DNA from: Eubacteriales bacterium
GTDB lineage: Bacteria > Bacillota > Clostridia > Oscillospirales > CAG-382
Assembly: GCA_045644305.1 (NCBI GenBank)
Contig: JAZRGS010000044.1
Coordinates: forward strand, 1-44,753
Direction: 5' to 3'
Length of the DNA: 44,753 nucleotides
Shown: piece after piece, positions 25,086 through 33,656 of the stretch
Numbering within the stretch: position 1 is the stretch's first letter
Layout of the letters: every line of letters starts with the position of its first letter
Translations under genes and position numbers: made by a program
The notes under the pieces: generated by a model
Seen by the model: the letters and a program-made list of their open reading frames with translations, nothing else
What the model was told of the DNA's origin: nothing
The model's database searches: none

Positions 25086-26573
25086 ATGAAAAAACGCTTT
25101 AGATCCTTATGTCTGATCCTTGCTGTTTTGTTCTGCATGGGCGTGTTCGCGGGTTGTAACTCGGGCGACAATACGTCTAATGGCAGCGGTACCGGCGAAG
25201 GTGCGGACGAAGCATTCCCTTACTCCATGCAATTAGACCCTAAAGACCCCATCCGTATCCTTTGTGTTGACACCGAAAGACACAAGTACGGCGTACAGCA
25301 GTTTGATTATTTGGAAGAGCTCGAGGGCAACACCATTAACAGCGCTGTTCAAGAAAGAAATAACAGACTCGAAGAGCTTTACGGCCTCACCTTTGAGGTA
25401 AGCGCCGAGCAGTACCCCTCCGACCAGATGGCTCTTCTTATTCAGGGTAATACCGACGAATACGATATCATCTGCGAATCTGTCGACCGCCTTACCAAGG
25501 GTATTCCCCAGGGCTTCTATTGGGCGCTTGACGAATACATGGATATCAGCCATCCTTGGTGGGACGAACAGGCAAGCGAATCGCTCACCTTGGGCAGCAA
25601 GCACTATCTCCTCACCGGTGACGCTATCATCACCGACGACGACCACACCTACTGCACACTCTTCAACAAGAAGATGTACGATACCAACGCAGCTGTTTCC
25701 GCACACGGCGATATTTACGAAATCGTTCGTAACGGCGAATTCACCATCGACCTTTACTACGAAATGTGTAAGGCAGTATCCGCTCCCGACGAAAACGGCG
25801 CTTGGTCTATCTACGCTACCTACGGTAACGTATCTCACGCATACGGCGCAACCGTTATGATGAACGGCTGCGATATCGCAACTGTCAGAAAGAACGAAGA
25901 CGACGAGCTTTACATCACCGTTGCAGAAGAAAACTCCATCAAGGCGTTTGACAAGGTATACGAGCTTATGTCTGACTCGCAGAACACCGTTCGCGCTGAA
26001 TGGCTCGCAGGCAAATCTCCTACCGTTTCTTCTCAGTACGGCTTTGCTGAAATGGAAGAGCTCTTCATCAACGGCAGAGGCTTGTTCTACAACGGCACCA
26101 GCTCCTCTATCTCTATTCTTAAGAGCAAGAACCTCGATTTCGAGGTAGGCGTTCTTCCTATTCCTAAGTACAACAAGGAACAGGAAAACTACTGCAACAC
26201 CGTTAACCGTTATCAGTCCAGCGCAATTGCAATTCCCGTAACCGTTCCCGAAGATCGTCTTGAAATGGTTACCTTTGCACTTCAGGCACTCGGTTATTAC
26301 AACGACGACGTTATTTACGCTTACTACGACACCACCCTTCAGCTTCAGGGCGTTCAGTCTGACGACGATGCTCAGATGCTTGACATCATCTACGACAACC
26401 GCTTCTATGACATCGGTATCATCAACGAATGGGGCAAGCTTACCAGCCTTTACGGTAACTGCATCGCAAATGCAAGCACCAACACCCTCGTTTCGTCTTG
26501 GGAAGCTATGGCAAGCCAGGTTGAAGTAGATATGGAAGCAGCGATTAAGGCTTACGAAGACGCAGGCGCATAA
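25086..26573 (+). CDS. Extracellular solute-binding lipoprotein (large family-1/LplA-like sugar SBP), orphan
   Basis: The lipobox is GVFAGC, followed by a Gly/Ser/Asn linker. The ~495-aa size and overall pattern match Clostridial carbohydrate SBPs. No permease or ATPase gene is in the window. Confidence 0.7.
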   Translation: MKKRFRSLCLILAVLFCMGVFAGCNSGDNTSNGSGTGEGADEAFPYSMQLDPKDPIRILCVDTERHKYGVQQFDYLEELEGNTINSAVQERNNRLEELYGLTFEVSAEQYPSDQMALLIQGNTDEYDIICESVDRLTKGIPQGFYWALDEYMDISHPWWDEQASESLTLGSKHYLLTGDAIITDDDHTYCTLFNKKMYDTNAAVSAHGDIYEIVRNGEFTIDLYYEMCKAVSAPDENGAWSIYATYGNVSHAYGATVMMNGCDIATVRKNEDDELYITVAEENSIKAFDKVYELMSDSQNTVRAEWLAGKSPTVSSQYGFAEMEELFINGRGLFYNGTSSSISILKSKNLDFEVGVLPIPKYNKEQENYCNTVNRYQSSAIAIPVTVPEDRLEMVTFALQALGYYNDDVIYAYYDTTLQLQGVQSDDDAQMLDIIYDNRFYDIGIINEWGKLTSLYGNCIANASTNTLVSSWEAMASQVEVDMEAAIKAYEDAGA

Positions 26574-26585
26574 ACGGGTGACTGT

Positions 26586-28595
26586 ATGAACTTTAAAAGA
26601 TTAGCGGCGGCGCTTATCGCGTTGCTGATGCTCCTTCCTCTTTGCTTTTCGTTTTCCGCTTACGCGGCAGACGGAGTGATTTCTGAAGGTAAGAGCTACA
26701 CCGTAGAATATTCGACGGCTATACATAATACCTATCCCAATCAGGCATATAAGTCCGAAACCGCGCTTACCGACGGTAAGGTCGCAAAGGGATCTATCGA
26801 AGATTCCGCTTGGTTGGAGCTTTACCGCGGCACCTCTGTTGCGGTAACCATCGACCTCGAAGAGGTTATGGCGATAAGCGGCGTTACTATCGGTGAATAC
26901 CAGTACAAGGGCGCGGGCATCGTTTGCTCGCGTTGGTTGGAGGTTTACGTTTCTGAAAACGGAACCGACTTCGGCCTTGTCGGAAGAACCGATAACCCCC
27001 TTCTCATCACCGACACTAACAAGAGACGCGTTGAATTGAACGTGACTCTCGATAAGACCTACAAGGCACGCTACGTGCGCGCGGTATTCTCGAGTGATAT
27101 CTTCACTTACATCGACGAGGTTCAGGTATTCGGTAATTCGAATGCCGACTCTGCTGCAAGTGCCGAAATCACCGTTCCCGAAGAAAAGGATCTTTCGGGC
27201 GATATCGACGGTATCAAGAGCGTCTGCCTTATGTACACCTCGGGCTTTTACGATGCCGAAATGATGAAGTACTTTTACGCATACTGCGATGCGCAGGGTA
27301 ACGTAAAGGATACGATGTTCGATTCGCTTCTTTTCCTCGGTATGCCCGAAAACACCTACGGCGACGGTAAGGCTCGTAAAGAGGACTTTATCGCGTTCGC
27401 AGATAAGATTTTCACCTCCGGCTTGCAAATCGACGCATTGAATACTGTTGTCGGTCAGCATAAAGGAGCTCTCGGCTTCGATGCCGACTACAAGTATCCG
27501 ATATTTATTTCGGTACCTTATCCCCAATTCCACGGCAATCCTTGGGGCGAAATCGACGGTGTGAGCATCACCCCCAACTCGCTTAACGGTCGTACTACCA
27601 TCGTTAACTGGTTCGTTGATTACATCATCGAACGCTTCAACAATGCCGGCTTTGAAAACCTCGAATTAAAGGGCTTCTATTGGTTCGAGGAAAGCATCAA
27701 CCACTCTGTTTCTCAGTATGAATCCGAGCTCGTGGCGAACTTCAACGATTACGTTCACGAAAAGGGCTATAAGACCATGTGGATTCCTTACTTCTCCTCG
27801 TCGGGTATTGACGAAGCGAAGGATTTGGGATTTGACTCGGTTACCATGCAGAGCGGCTATGCATTCGGCGGTAACGACGAAGTCGGTACACCTAACAGCG
27901 AAAGCGTTTTCGATGCGGCGGCAGCTGCTAAGAAATACGGCTTGAACGGTACCGAATTCGAAATCGACCTTTACAAGGATAAGGCTGCAGAACGCTTCAA
28001 GGACTACGTTTCCGCCGCATATAATGTAGGCGTACCCGAAAAGGGCATGATTACCATGTATCAGAGCGGATCGCATCTTTACGATTGCGCAGTCGGCTCC
28101 GGAATCCGTTCGATTTACGATCTTACCTATCAGTTCATTTCCGGTCAGTACGTTGAGCACGCTCCCGTTATCAAGGAAGGCGCAACGCTTACCATGCAGG
28201 TCGAAAGCTTCGGCAAGGGTAAGCTTGAGGTTTCCGACGAGGACAACAAAAAGAGCGACCTCAGAATTTACGAGCTCGAAAAGCCCGAAGGCATTTACTT
28301 CTATGCTGAAGGCAACGGATATTTTGAAGCTCAAACCTATGGCTGCAAGCCCGGTACCTACGTTGCAAGACTTTCGGTTACCGACGGCAGACAGGTTTCC
28401 AATACGGTTGAGGTTACCGTAATTGTTGAAGGCGACGGCAGCGAAGCAACCGAAAGCGATGCCTCCGAAGCAGGAACCGAGGAAGAAAAGTCGATTCTTC
28501 CGATAATTCTTATTGCAGTCGGCGCAGTCGTGCTCGTTGCAATCGTTGTAGTTGTTCTTATCGTGCTTAAAAAGAAAAAAGCAAAGGCTGAATAA
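26586..28595 (+). CDS. Secreted discoidin (F5/8 type C) domain + DUF4855-like domain protein with a C-terminal membrane anchor
   Basis: A signal peptide ends in AYA. Residues ~30-185 show the discoidin pattern (LTDGK..., VYVSENGTDF, ARYVRAVF, IDEVQVFG). The central ~350 aa (LKGFYWFEES, WIPYFSS) recall DUF4855. The C-terminus is one TM helix plus KKKKAKAE. Confidence 0.65.
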   Translation: MNFKRLAAALIALLMLLPLCFSFSAYAADGVISEGKSYTVEYSTAIHNTYPNQAYKSETALTDGKVAKGSIEDSAWLELYRGTSVAVTIDLEEVMAISGVTIGEYQYKGAGIVCSRWLEVYVSENGTDFGLVGRTDNPLLITDTNKRRVELNVTLDKTYKARYVRAVFSSDIFTYIDEVQVFGNSNADSAASAEITVPEEKDLSGDIDGIKSVCLMYTSGFYDAEMMKYFYAYCDAQGNVKDTMFDSLLFLGMPENTYGDGKARKEDFIAFADKIFTSGLQIDALNTVVGQHKGALGFDADYKYPIFISVPYPQFHGNPWGEIDGVSITPNSLNGRTTIVNWFVDYIIERFNNAGFENLELKGFYWFEESINHSVSQYESELVANFNDYVHEKGYKTMWIPYFSSSGIDEAKDLGFDSVTMQSGYAFGGNDEVGTPNSESVFDAAAAAKKYGLNGTEFEIDLYKDKAAERFKDYVSAAYNVGVPEKGMITMYQSGSHLYDCAVGSGIRSIYDLTYQFISGQYVEHAPVIKEGATLTMQVESFGKGKLEVSDEDNKKSDLRIYELEKPEGIYFYAEGNGYFEAQTYGCKPGTYVARLSVTDGRQVSNTVEVTVIVEGDGSEATESDASEAGTEEEKSILPIILIAVGAVVLVAIVVVVLIVLKKKKAKAE

Positions 28596-28659
28596 GCCAT
28601 CATTAACTCAGTTCTTCAAAAAAAAGATAAAAATTTTTAAGTAAGGAGTGTATCTTATT

Positions 28660-30030
28660 ATGAAGAAAATTATTGCTCTTCTCCTCGTTTGCTTCTTCGC
28701 AGTTTCTTTCGTAGCTTGCGGCGGCAACGGTGACGAAAGCTCCTCCGCATTCAGCAACGCTGATGCATCCAGCAAGGAAGAAAGCTCTGAAGCTTCCTCC
28801 ACTACCGAATCCTCTGCAGCTACCAGCTCTGAAGATTCCTCCGCAACCACTTCCGACGATGCTTCTTCTGATGTTTCCGACGACGCTTCCTCTGACGTTT
28901 CCGGCGAAACCAGCGACGACATTGTAATCGGCGAAATCGCTTGGACCAACAGATACGTTTCCTGGAAGGTTGCTACCGGTAACGGTGACAGAACCCCCAC
29001 TCAGGTAAACGCTGACGAAGCTACCTCTTTGAAGATCAGCAAGTTCAACGAAGAACTCGAAGCTGGCGACGTAGGCGTATTCACCTATGACAAGACCGGC
29101 AAGACTCTCGATTGCGAAAAGTACGGCCTCGCTGACTTCGCAGTTGTTGTTGCTAAGTACGATCACGAATCCTTCTCCTACGTTCGCGATGAATTCTTCG
29201 CAGTAGGCGAAGCTACCGGCACCGTTTCCATTCCTAAGGACGGTTTCGTAGTTGTTATCCACAAGGCATACTCCGACAAGATCAACGCTATCTCCTCCAC
29301 CACCAACCCCTTGTTCCCCCACGGCTTCTACTCCAACAGCGGTCTCGACGCTAAGATCTCCTCTGCAAAGACTGCTCCCGTTATGGATGGCGTAGTTAAG
29401 TCCGGCGAATACGGCAAGGTAGTTTGGGAAGTTACCCCCGACAACCAGCTCGTTTCCTACGCACAGTTCGAAAAGGGCAACTACACTGCAACCGCTAACG
29501 TTTACATGACCTACGACGCAGAATACTTCTACCTCGCAGTTGTTGTTAACACCCCCAGCCACGACAACACCGCAACCGCAGCAGATCCCTCCAGCATGTG
29601 GAAGTACACCTGCATTCAGGTTAACCTCTCCTCTTACGGCAGAGATACCGCATATCTCAGCGAAAACTGGGACTGGGGTATTAACCAGAAGACCACTCAG
29701 GACAACGCAATGCGTCAGTACGGCTTCGGCGTTACCAACGACGGCGAATCCCTCACCTGCGTATGGCAGGGCGACACCTCCAAGACCTGCGAAAACTTCA
29801 AGGTAATCCGTGACGGTCAGACTACCACCTATGAAGCAGCTATCAAGTGGTCCGACCTCGACAAGGAAGGCGAAACCTTCGCACCTAAGAAGGGCGACAA
29901 GGTTGGTATTTCCGTATCCTTCAACCTCGGTTCTCTTGATACCGAATTCAAGAACGTAACCCTTCGTGACGGCGGCGGTATCATCGGTATCAACGACTGG
30001 TCCAAGGTTCCCACCATCACTCTTAACTAA
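28660..30030 (+). CDS. Lipoprotein with a Ser/Asp-rich linker and a C-terminal CBM9-like carbohydrate-binding domain
   Basis: The lipobox is SFVACG, followed by ~70 aa of S/D/E/T-rich linker. The C-terminal region APVMDGVVKSGEYG...ANVYMTYDAEYFYLAVVV...IQVNLS...YEAAIKWSDL...GDKVGISVSFN fits the CBM9/DOMON-like sugar-binding pattern. Confidence 0.65.
   Translation: MKKIIALLLVCFFAVSFVACGGNGDESSSAFSNADASSKEESSEASSTTESSAATSSEDSSATTSDDASSDVSDDASSDVSGETSDDIVIGEIAWTNRYVSWKVATGNGDRTPTQVNADEATSLKISKFNEELEAGDVGVFTYDKTGKTLDCEKYGLADFAVVVAKYDHESFSYVRDEFFAVGEATGTVSIPKDGFVVVIHKAYSDKINAISSTTNPLFPHGFYSNSGLDAKISSAKTAPVMDGVVKSGEYGKVVWEVTPDNQLVSYAQFEKGNYTATANVYMTYDAEYFYLAVVVNTPSHDNTATAADPSSMWKYTCIQVNLSSYGRDTAYLSENWDWGINQKTTQDNAMRQYGFGVTNDGESLTCVWQGDTSKTCENFKVIRDGQTTTYEAAIKWSDLDKEGETFAPKKGDKVGISVSFNLGSLDTEFKNVTLRDGGGIIGINDWSKVPTITLN
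28852..28899 (+). repeat. Tandem 24-nt coding repeat (2 copies, SDDASSDV)
   Basis: TCCGACGATGCTTCTTCTGATGTT and TCCGACGACGCTTCCTCTGACGTT differ at three positions, all synonymous third-position T/C changes. Confidence 0.85.
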
Positions 30031-30058
30031 TTATAAAATTGTAACGAGGTAAAACCCA

Positions 30059-30922
30059 ATGAAAATAGGCGTTAGTCTTTACAGCTTTCGCGAATACGTC
30101 AATGACGAAAATCTTGGCGTAAAGGGATGCATCGATAAGGTCAAGGAATTTGGCGGCGAGGGTGTCGACTTTGTTGAAACCCCCAAATATGCTAACGACC
30201 ACGACGCCTACGTTGCATACGCAAAGGATATCGGCGACTACTGCAAGAGCGTAGGCATCGAAGCTTGCTGCTTCTGCGTAGGATCTGATTTTCTCAACCG
30301 CGATCTCGACGAAGAAATCGCACGTGTAAAGGGCTTGGTTGACGTTGCAGAGGCATACGGCTGCAAGGCAATGCGTCACGATGCAACCCCCGGTTATATG
30401 GGCGACAAGAAGTGGAGAAGCTTTGACGTTGTTCTTCCTATCCTTGCAAAGGCATATCGCGAAGTTACCGAATATGCCGAAACCAAGGGTATCAAGACCT
30501 GCATTGAAAATCACGGCTTCTTTGCTCAGGATCCCGACCGTGTTGAAAAGCTTATCAACGCAGTTGATCACGATAACTTCGGTGCGTTGGTTGATATCGG
30601 CAACTTTGCTTGCGCTGACGCTGACCACAACTATGCTGTTGGCTTGCTCACCAAGTATGCCGTTCACGCTCACGCAAAGGACTTCCACAAGAGAAGCGGC
30701 TCGCTCGACAATCCCGGTGAAGGCTGGTTCCAGTCCCGTGGCGGTAATTATCTCCGCGGCTCGATCATCGGTCATGGCGACGTTCCCGTTCGTCAGTGCA
30801 TTCAGACACTCAAACGCAACGGTTACGACGGCTTCCTTTGCATCGAATTCGAGGGCATGGAAGACGCACTTAAGGGTATCCGCATAGGCTGCGATAACCT
30901 CAAGCGTTTTATCAATCAGTAA
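30059..30922 (+). CDS. Sugar phosphate isomerase/epimerase (xylose isomerase-like TIM barrel)
   Basis: The protein is 287 aa and cytoplasmic. The pattern IENH, DIGNF, HAKD and EFEG is typical of the AP_endonuc_2 / TIM-barrel family. Confidence 0.8.
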   Translation: MKIGVSLYSFREYVNDENLGVKGCIDKVKEFGGEGVDFVETPKYANDHDAYVAYAKDIGDYCKSVGIEACCFCVGSDFLNRDLDEEIARVKGLVDVAEAYGCKAMRHDATPGYMGDKKWRSFDVVLPILAKAYREVTEYAETKGIKTCIENHGFFAQDPDRVEKLINAVDHDNFGALVDIGNFACADADHNYAVGLLTKYAVHAHAKDFHKRSGSLDNPGEGWFQSRGGNYLRGSIIGHGDVPVRQCIQTLKRNGYDGFLCIEFEGMEDALKGIRIGCDNLKRFINQ

Positions 30923-30934
30923 TTTAAAAAAGCA

Positions 30935-30958
30935 TGGGGCGCTTTTATAAGCGCCCCA
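30935..30958 (+). terminator. 10-bp GC-rich hairpin after the isomerase gene (no U-tract on the plus strand)
   Basis: TGGGGCGCTT-ttat-AAGCGCCCCA. It is preceded by an A-run and followed by AAAACTT, so it is atypical as a plus-strand terminator. Confidence 0.35.
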
Positions 30959-30970
30959 AAACTTACAATT

Positions 30971-31657
30971 ATGGACAACAAAGAAAAACAACGCGTGATA
31001 GCGCCCGAGGACAGGCGCGACGCGACTAAAGACAAGCAAAAGATTAAAAAGATTTTGGTTATAGCATTGGCGGTCTTCGCTGTGCTCGGAATATTGCTCG
31101 GCATCCTTGCGATAATTACCGAGTACTTAAAGCCCGATTACGAAGACGTTTCATATAACCCGATGATGTTTTACGAGCCCGATTACAGCAAGAATATTTA
31201 TGAAGATAAAGCCTATATGCGCCTAAACCGCGCTGTAAAATACGATAGATACGGCTTTATGAATGAGCTCACGGGCGATTCTTTGACCGAGACGGAATAT
31301 CCGTCGGCAGAATTTTTCTATGATTATATCACCTGCATTATAAACGGCGATTACGAGGCTTATCCTTCCTATTTCACGCAGGAATGCTTAGACAGCGAAG
31401 GATTTGAATGTCCCGAGCAGTTCACTATGCAGGGTCTTTACGATATATTGATTAAGCTCCACAGCGTCAGCACGCGTGAGGTTGGGGGCAAGGATATAAC
31501 CTTCGAGGTATTCGAGGTAAGCTACAGAATTTTTGAAAATAACGGGACGTTCAGGCGCGATATTCTCCCCGATGAAACGCGCACGCTCGTCTTTGAAATA
31601 TACGTTGACGGCGATACCGTGCTGATCAATTCGATTGCACACAGAGCCGAGGGTTGA
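30971..31657 (+). CDS. Hypothetical N-terminally membrane-anchored protein
   Basis: It has a basic N-terminus, one TM helix (ILVIALAVFAVLGILLGILAII), then a ~170-aa soluble domain. I recognise no family. Confidence 0.55.
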   Translation: MDNKEKQRVIAPEDRRDATKDKQKIKKILVIALAVFAVLGILLGILAIITEYLKPDYEDVSYNPMMFYEPDYSKNIYEDKAYMRLNRAVKYDRYGFMNELTGDSLTETEYPSAEFFYDYITCIINGDYEAYPSYFTQECLDSEGFECPEQFTMQGLYDILIKLHSVSTREVGGKDITFEVFEVSYRIFENNGTFRRDILPDETRTLVFEIYVDGDTVLINSIAHRAEG

Positions 31658-31694
31658 TTGAATACGACTCACACACCTAAAGGAAGCGATTTTT

Positions 31695-32405
31695 ATGAAA
31701 TACGATTTCAGCAACGAAATAGAGGCGTTCGAACGCCGTATAACCGAGCTTAAGGGCAAGGCTGACGGATTGCTTGGCGATCTTAAAAGCGAGGTCAGAT
31801 CGATACGCGAGCGCGACCCCGCCGCGACGAGCGACGCCGAGGTTTTGCTTTTATATCCCGGACTTCACGCTGTAATAGCGCACAGAATTGCGAATAAGCT
31901 TTACAAGCAGGGCAAGCTTTTTGCCGCACGCGCGGTCAGCCAAATGGCGCGTAATTTAACGGGAATCGAAATTCACCCCGCGGCAACCATCGGCAAGGGG
32001 CTGTTTATCGACCACGGCTGCGCGGTTGTAATCGGCGAAACGACGGTTATCGGCGATAACTGCACTATTTATCAGGGCGCGACGCTCGGCGGTACGGGTA
32101 AGCACGTCGGCAAGCGTCACCCGACTATCGGTAATAACGTTATGATCGGCGCAGGCGCAAAGGTTTTGGGGCCGATAACTATCGGTGATAACTCGAAAAT
32201 TGCCGCAGGTGCGGTTGTTCTCAAGGATATACCCGAAAATTCAACCGCGGTCGGCGTACCTGCTCACGTAGTACGCGGCAAAACCGTTCAACCTGTTCAA
32301 TCGCTCGACCAAATTCACATTCCCGACCCTGTATCTCAGGAGCTTGCCGCTTTGCGCGCTCGCGTCGAGGAGCTTGAATCGAAAATCAAGGTTGACGAGG
32401 AATAA
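31695..32405 (+). CDS. cysE: Serine O-acetyltransferase
   Basis: RDPAA..., LLLYPGLHAVIAHRIA, GIEIHPAATIGKGLFIDHG and hexapeptide repeats are present. Confidence 0.9.
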   Translation: MKYDFSNEIEAFERRITELKGKADGLLGDLKSEVRSIRERDPAATSDAEVLLLYPGLHAVIAHRIANKLYKQGKLFAARAVSQMARNLTGIEIHPAATIGKGLFIDHGCAVVIGETTVIGDNCTIYQGATLGGTGKHVGKRHPTIGNNVMIGAGAKVLGPITIGDNSKIAAGAVVLKDIPENSTAVGVPAHVVRGKTVQPVQSLDQIHIPDPVSQELAALRARVEELESKIKVDEE

Positions 32406-32412
32406 AAACAAT

Positions 32413-32445
32413 CGGGGGAAGGAAAAACCTTCTCCCGAAATTTTA
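32413..32445 (+). terminator. Intrinsic terminator after cysE
   Basis: CGGGGGAAGG-aaaaa-CCTTCTCCCG (one mismatch) followed by AAATTTT. Confidence 0.6.
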
Positions 32446-32468
32446 ATGCAAATATTTTCATAATTCTC

Positions 32469-32497
32469 TTGACATTCTCTTTCGTTTGTGGTAATAT
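32469..32497 (+). promoter_or_regulatory. Sigma-A promoter of tRNA-Arg
   Basis: TTGACA-17 nt-TAATAT, about 16 nt before the mature tRNA 5' end. Confidence 0.7.
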
Positions 32498-32513
32498 ATA
32501 ACGCGTTGAATAT

Positions 32514-32590
32514 GCGCCGCTAGCTCAGCTGGATAGAGTAACTGGCTACGAACCAGTAGGTCAGGGGTTCGAATCCCTTGCGGCGTGCCA
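32514..32590 (+). tRNA. tRNA-Arg (anticodon ACG), CCA encoded
   Basis: I folded the cloverleaf by hand. The acceptor is GCGCCGC/GCGGCGT (G1-U72), the D-arm is GCTC-AGCTGGATA-GAGT, and the anticodon arm is ACTGG-CTACGAA-CCAGT. The variable loop is AGGTC, the T-arm is AGGGG-TTCGAAT-CCCTT, the discriminator is G, and CCA follows. Total 77 nt. Confidence 0.93.
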
Positions 32591-32593
32591 ACG

Positions 32594-32631
32594 AAAAAAG
32601 AACCTTTGTCGAATGACAAAGGTTCTTTTTT
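32594..32631 (+). terminator. Strong intrinsic terminator after tRNA-Arg
   Basis: AAAAAAGAACCTTTGTC-gaat-GACAAAGGTTCTTTTTT is a 17-bp perfect inverted repeat including the A and T runs. Confidence 0.9.
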
Positions 32632-32633
32632 CA

Positions 32634-32800
32634 ATGATATCCGTTCCCCGCGGTCACAGATGATATAGCTGACGCTGTGATATCTGCTTCGCAGATGATA
32701 TACGCTTCGCGTATGAAGGAACGGATATTATATCATACTCGCCGCAGGCAAGTATATCATGCGGCGTTAGCCGTATATCATATCGCGTCTGCGATATCAT
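32634..32800. repeat. Mirror-symmetric ATGATAT/ATATCAT heptamer array with interleaved mini-hairpins
   Basis: ATGATAT occurs at 32634, 32660 and 32695 (variants at 32677 and 32723). ATATCAT occurs at 32730, 32754, 32775 and 32794. Several 6-7 bp hairpins and a 14-bp closing stem are present (see findings). Confidence 0.8.
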
Positions 32801-32843
32801 TAAAAGCGTATAAAGAGGATTAGGTTTATATTTCGGGGGAAAT

Positions 32844-33389
32844 ATGAAAAAAAGATGTGCTTGGTGCAATTTGAAAAATGAAAAATACGTCGCTTATCAC
32901 GACAACGAGTGGGGAGTTCAAAACCTCGACGAAAGGTATTTATACGAAATGCTGATTCTCGAATCGTTTCAGGCGGGGCTTTCTTGGGAGTGCGTGCTTA
33001 ACAAAAGGGAAGCGTTTCGCAAGGCTTACGACGGGTTCGATATCGATAAGGTTGTAAATTACGGCGAGGATAAAATCGCCGAATTGCTTGAGAATAAAGG
33101 TATAATCCGCAACAGGCTTAAAATCTGCGCAAGCATAACCAACTCTAAAATTTATAAAGATATTTGCCGCGAATTCGGTTCGTTTTATAACTATCTGACC
33201 TCTTTTTCAAAGGGAGAGGTGATTTTTGAATCTGATAAGACTAAAAACAGCTTGTCGGATTCTATTTCTGCGGATTTGATAAAACGCGGAATGAAGTTCG
33301 TCGGATCGACGATTATTTATTCCTATTTGCAGGCGATTGGCATTATTTACTCTCACAGCGAGGATTGTTTTTTGCATAAAAAGAGCTGA
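32844..33389 (+). CDS. tag: DNA-3-methyladenine glycosylase I
   Basis: KRCAWC...YHDNEWGV, LILESFQAGLSW and IIRNRLKI motifs are present, and the protein is 181 aa. Confidence 0.92.
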   Translation: MKKRCAWCNLKNEKYVAYHDNEWGVQNLDERYLYEMLILESFQAGLSWECVLNKREAFRKAYDGFDIDKVVNYGEDKIAELLENKGIIRNRLKICASITNSKIYKDICREFGSFYNYLTSFSKGEVIFESDKTKNSLSDSISADLIKRGMKFVGSTIIYSYLQAIGIIYSHSEDCFLHKKS

Positions 33390-33465
33390 ACTTAAACAAA
33401 TTAAACAAAACAATCAATCGCATTTGTGCATAAAAACAAATATATAGTTAAATTTGCATATATTG

Positions 33466-33494
33466 TTGACAAATATGTAAAATTGCTTTATACT
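33466..33494 (+). promoter_or_regulatory. Sigma-A promoter of the cotH-MBL-DUF3006 operon
   Basis: TTGACA-17 nt-TATACT. It leaves a ~160-nt leader. Confidence 0.6.
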
Positions 33495-33656
33495 TAAGTT
33501 GTATTAAGAAATGTAAAGTGTATTCGTGAAGTGTTTCTTCGTTTTACCTCCTTTCAGCAAGAGAAGCTCCGCTGAAAATCGGAGCTTCTGTTGCGTCAAT
33601 TGAGGGGGAAATTCGATGCATTTTACGTAAGACACTTTATTTTTTAGGAGGAAAAC

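Noticed and set aside
32634-32800. Possible CRISPR array.
   Set aside because: The repeat units are only 7 nt. Spacings are irregular (17-27 nt). Orientation flips half-way through. No cas genes are in the window.
32406-32843. tRNA-Arg as an attachment site of an integrated element.
   Set aside because: No integrase, excisionase or phage/ICE genes flank it. No duplicated tRNA 3' end is visible, and the downstream gene is the housekeeping tag.
32654-32869. 71-aa minus-strand ORF spanning the heptamer array.
   Set aside because: Its periodic YDI/ISxAK peptide simply mirrors the DNA repeats. It has no Shine-Dalgarno and runs into the tag start region.
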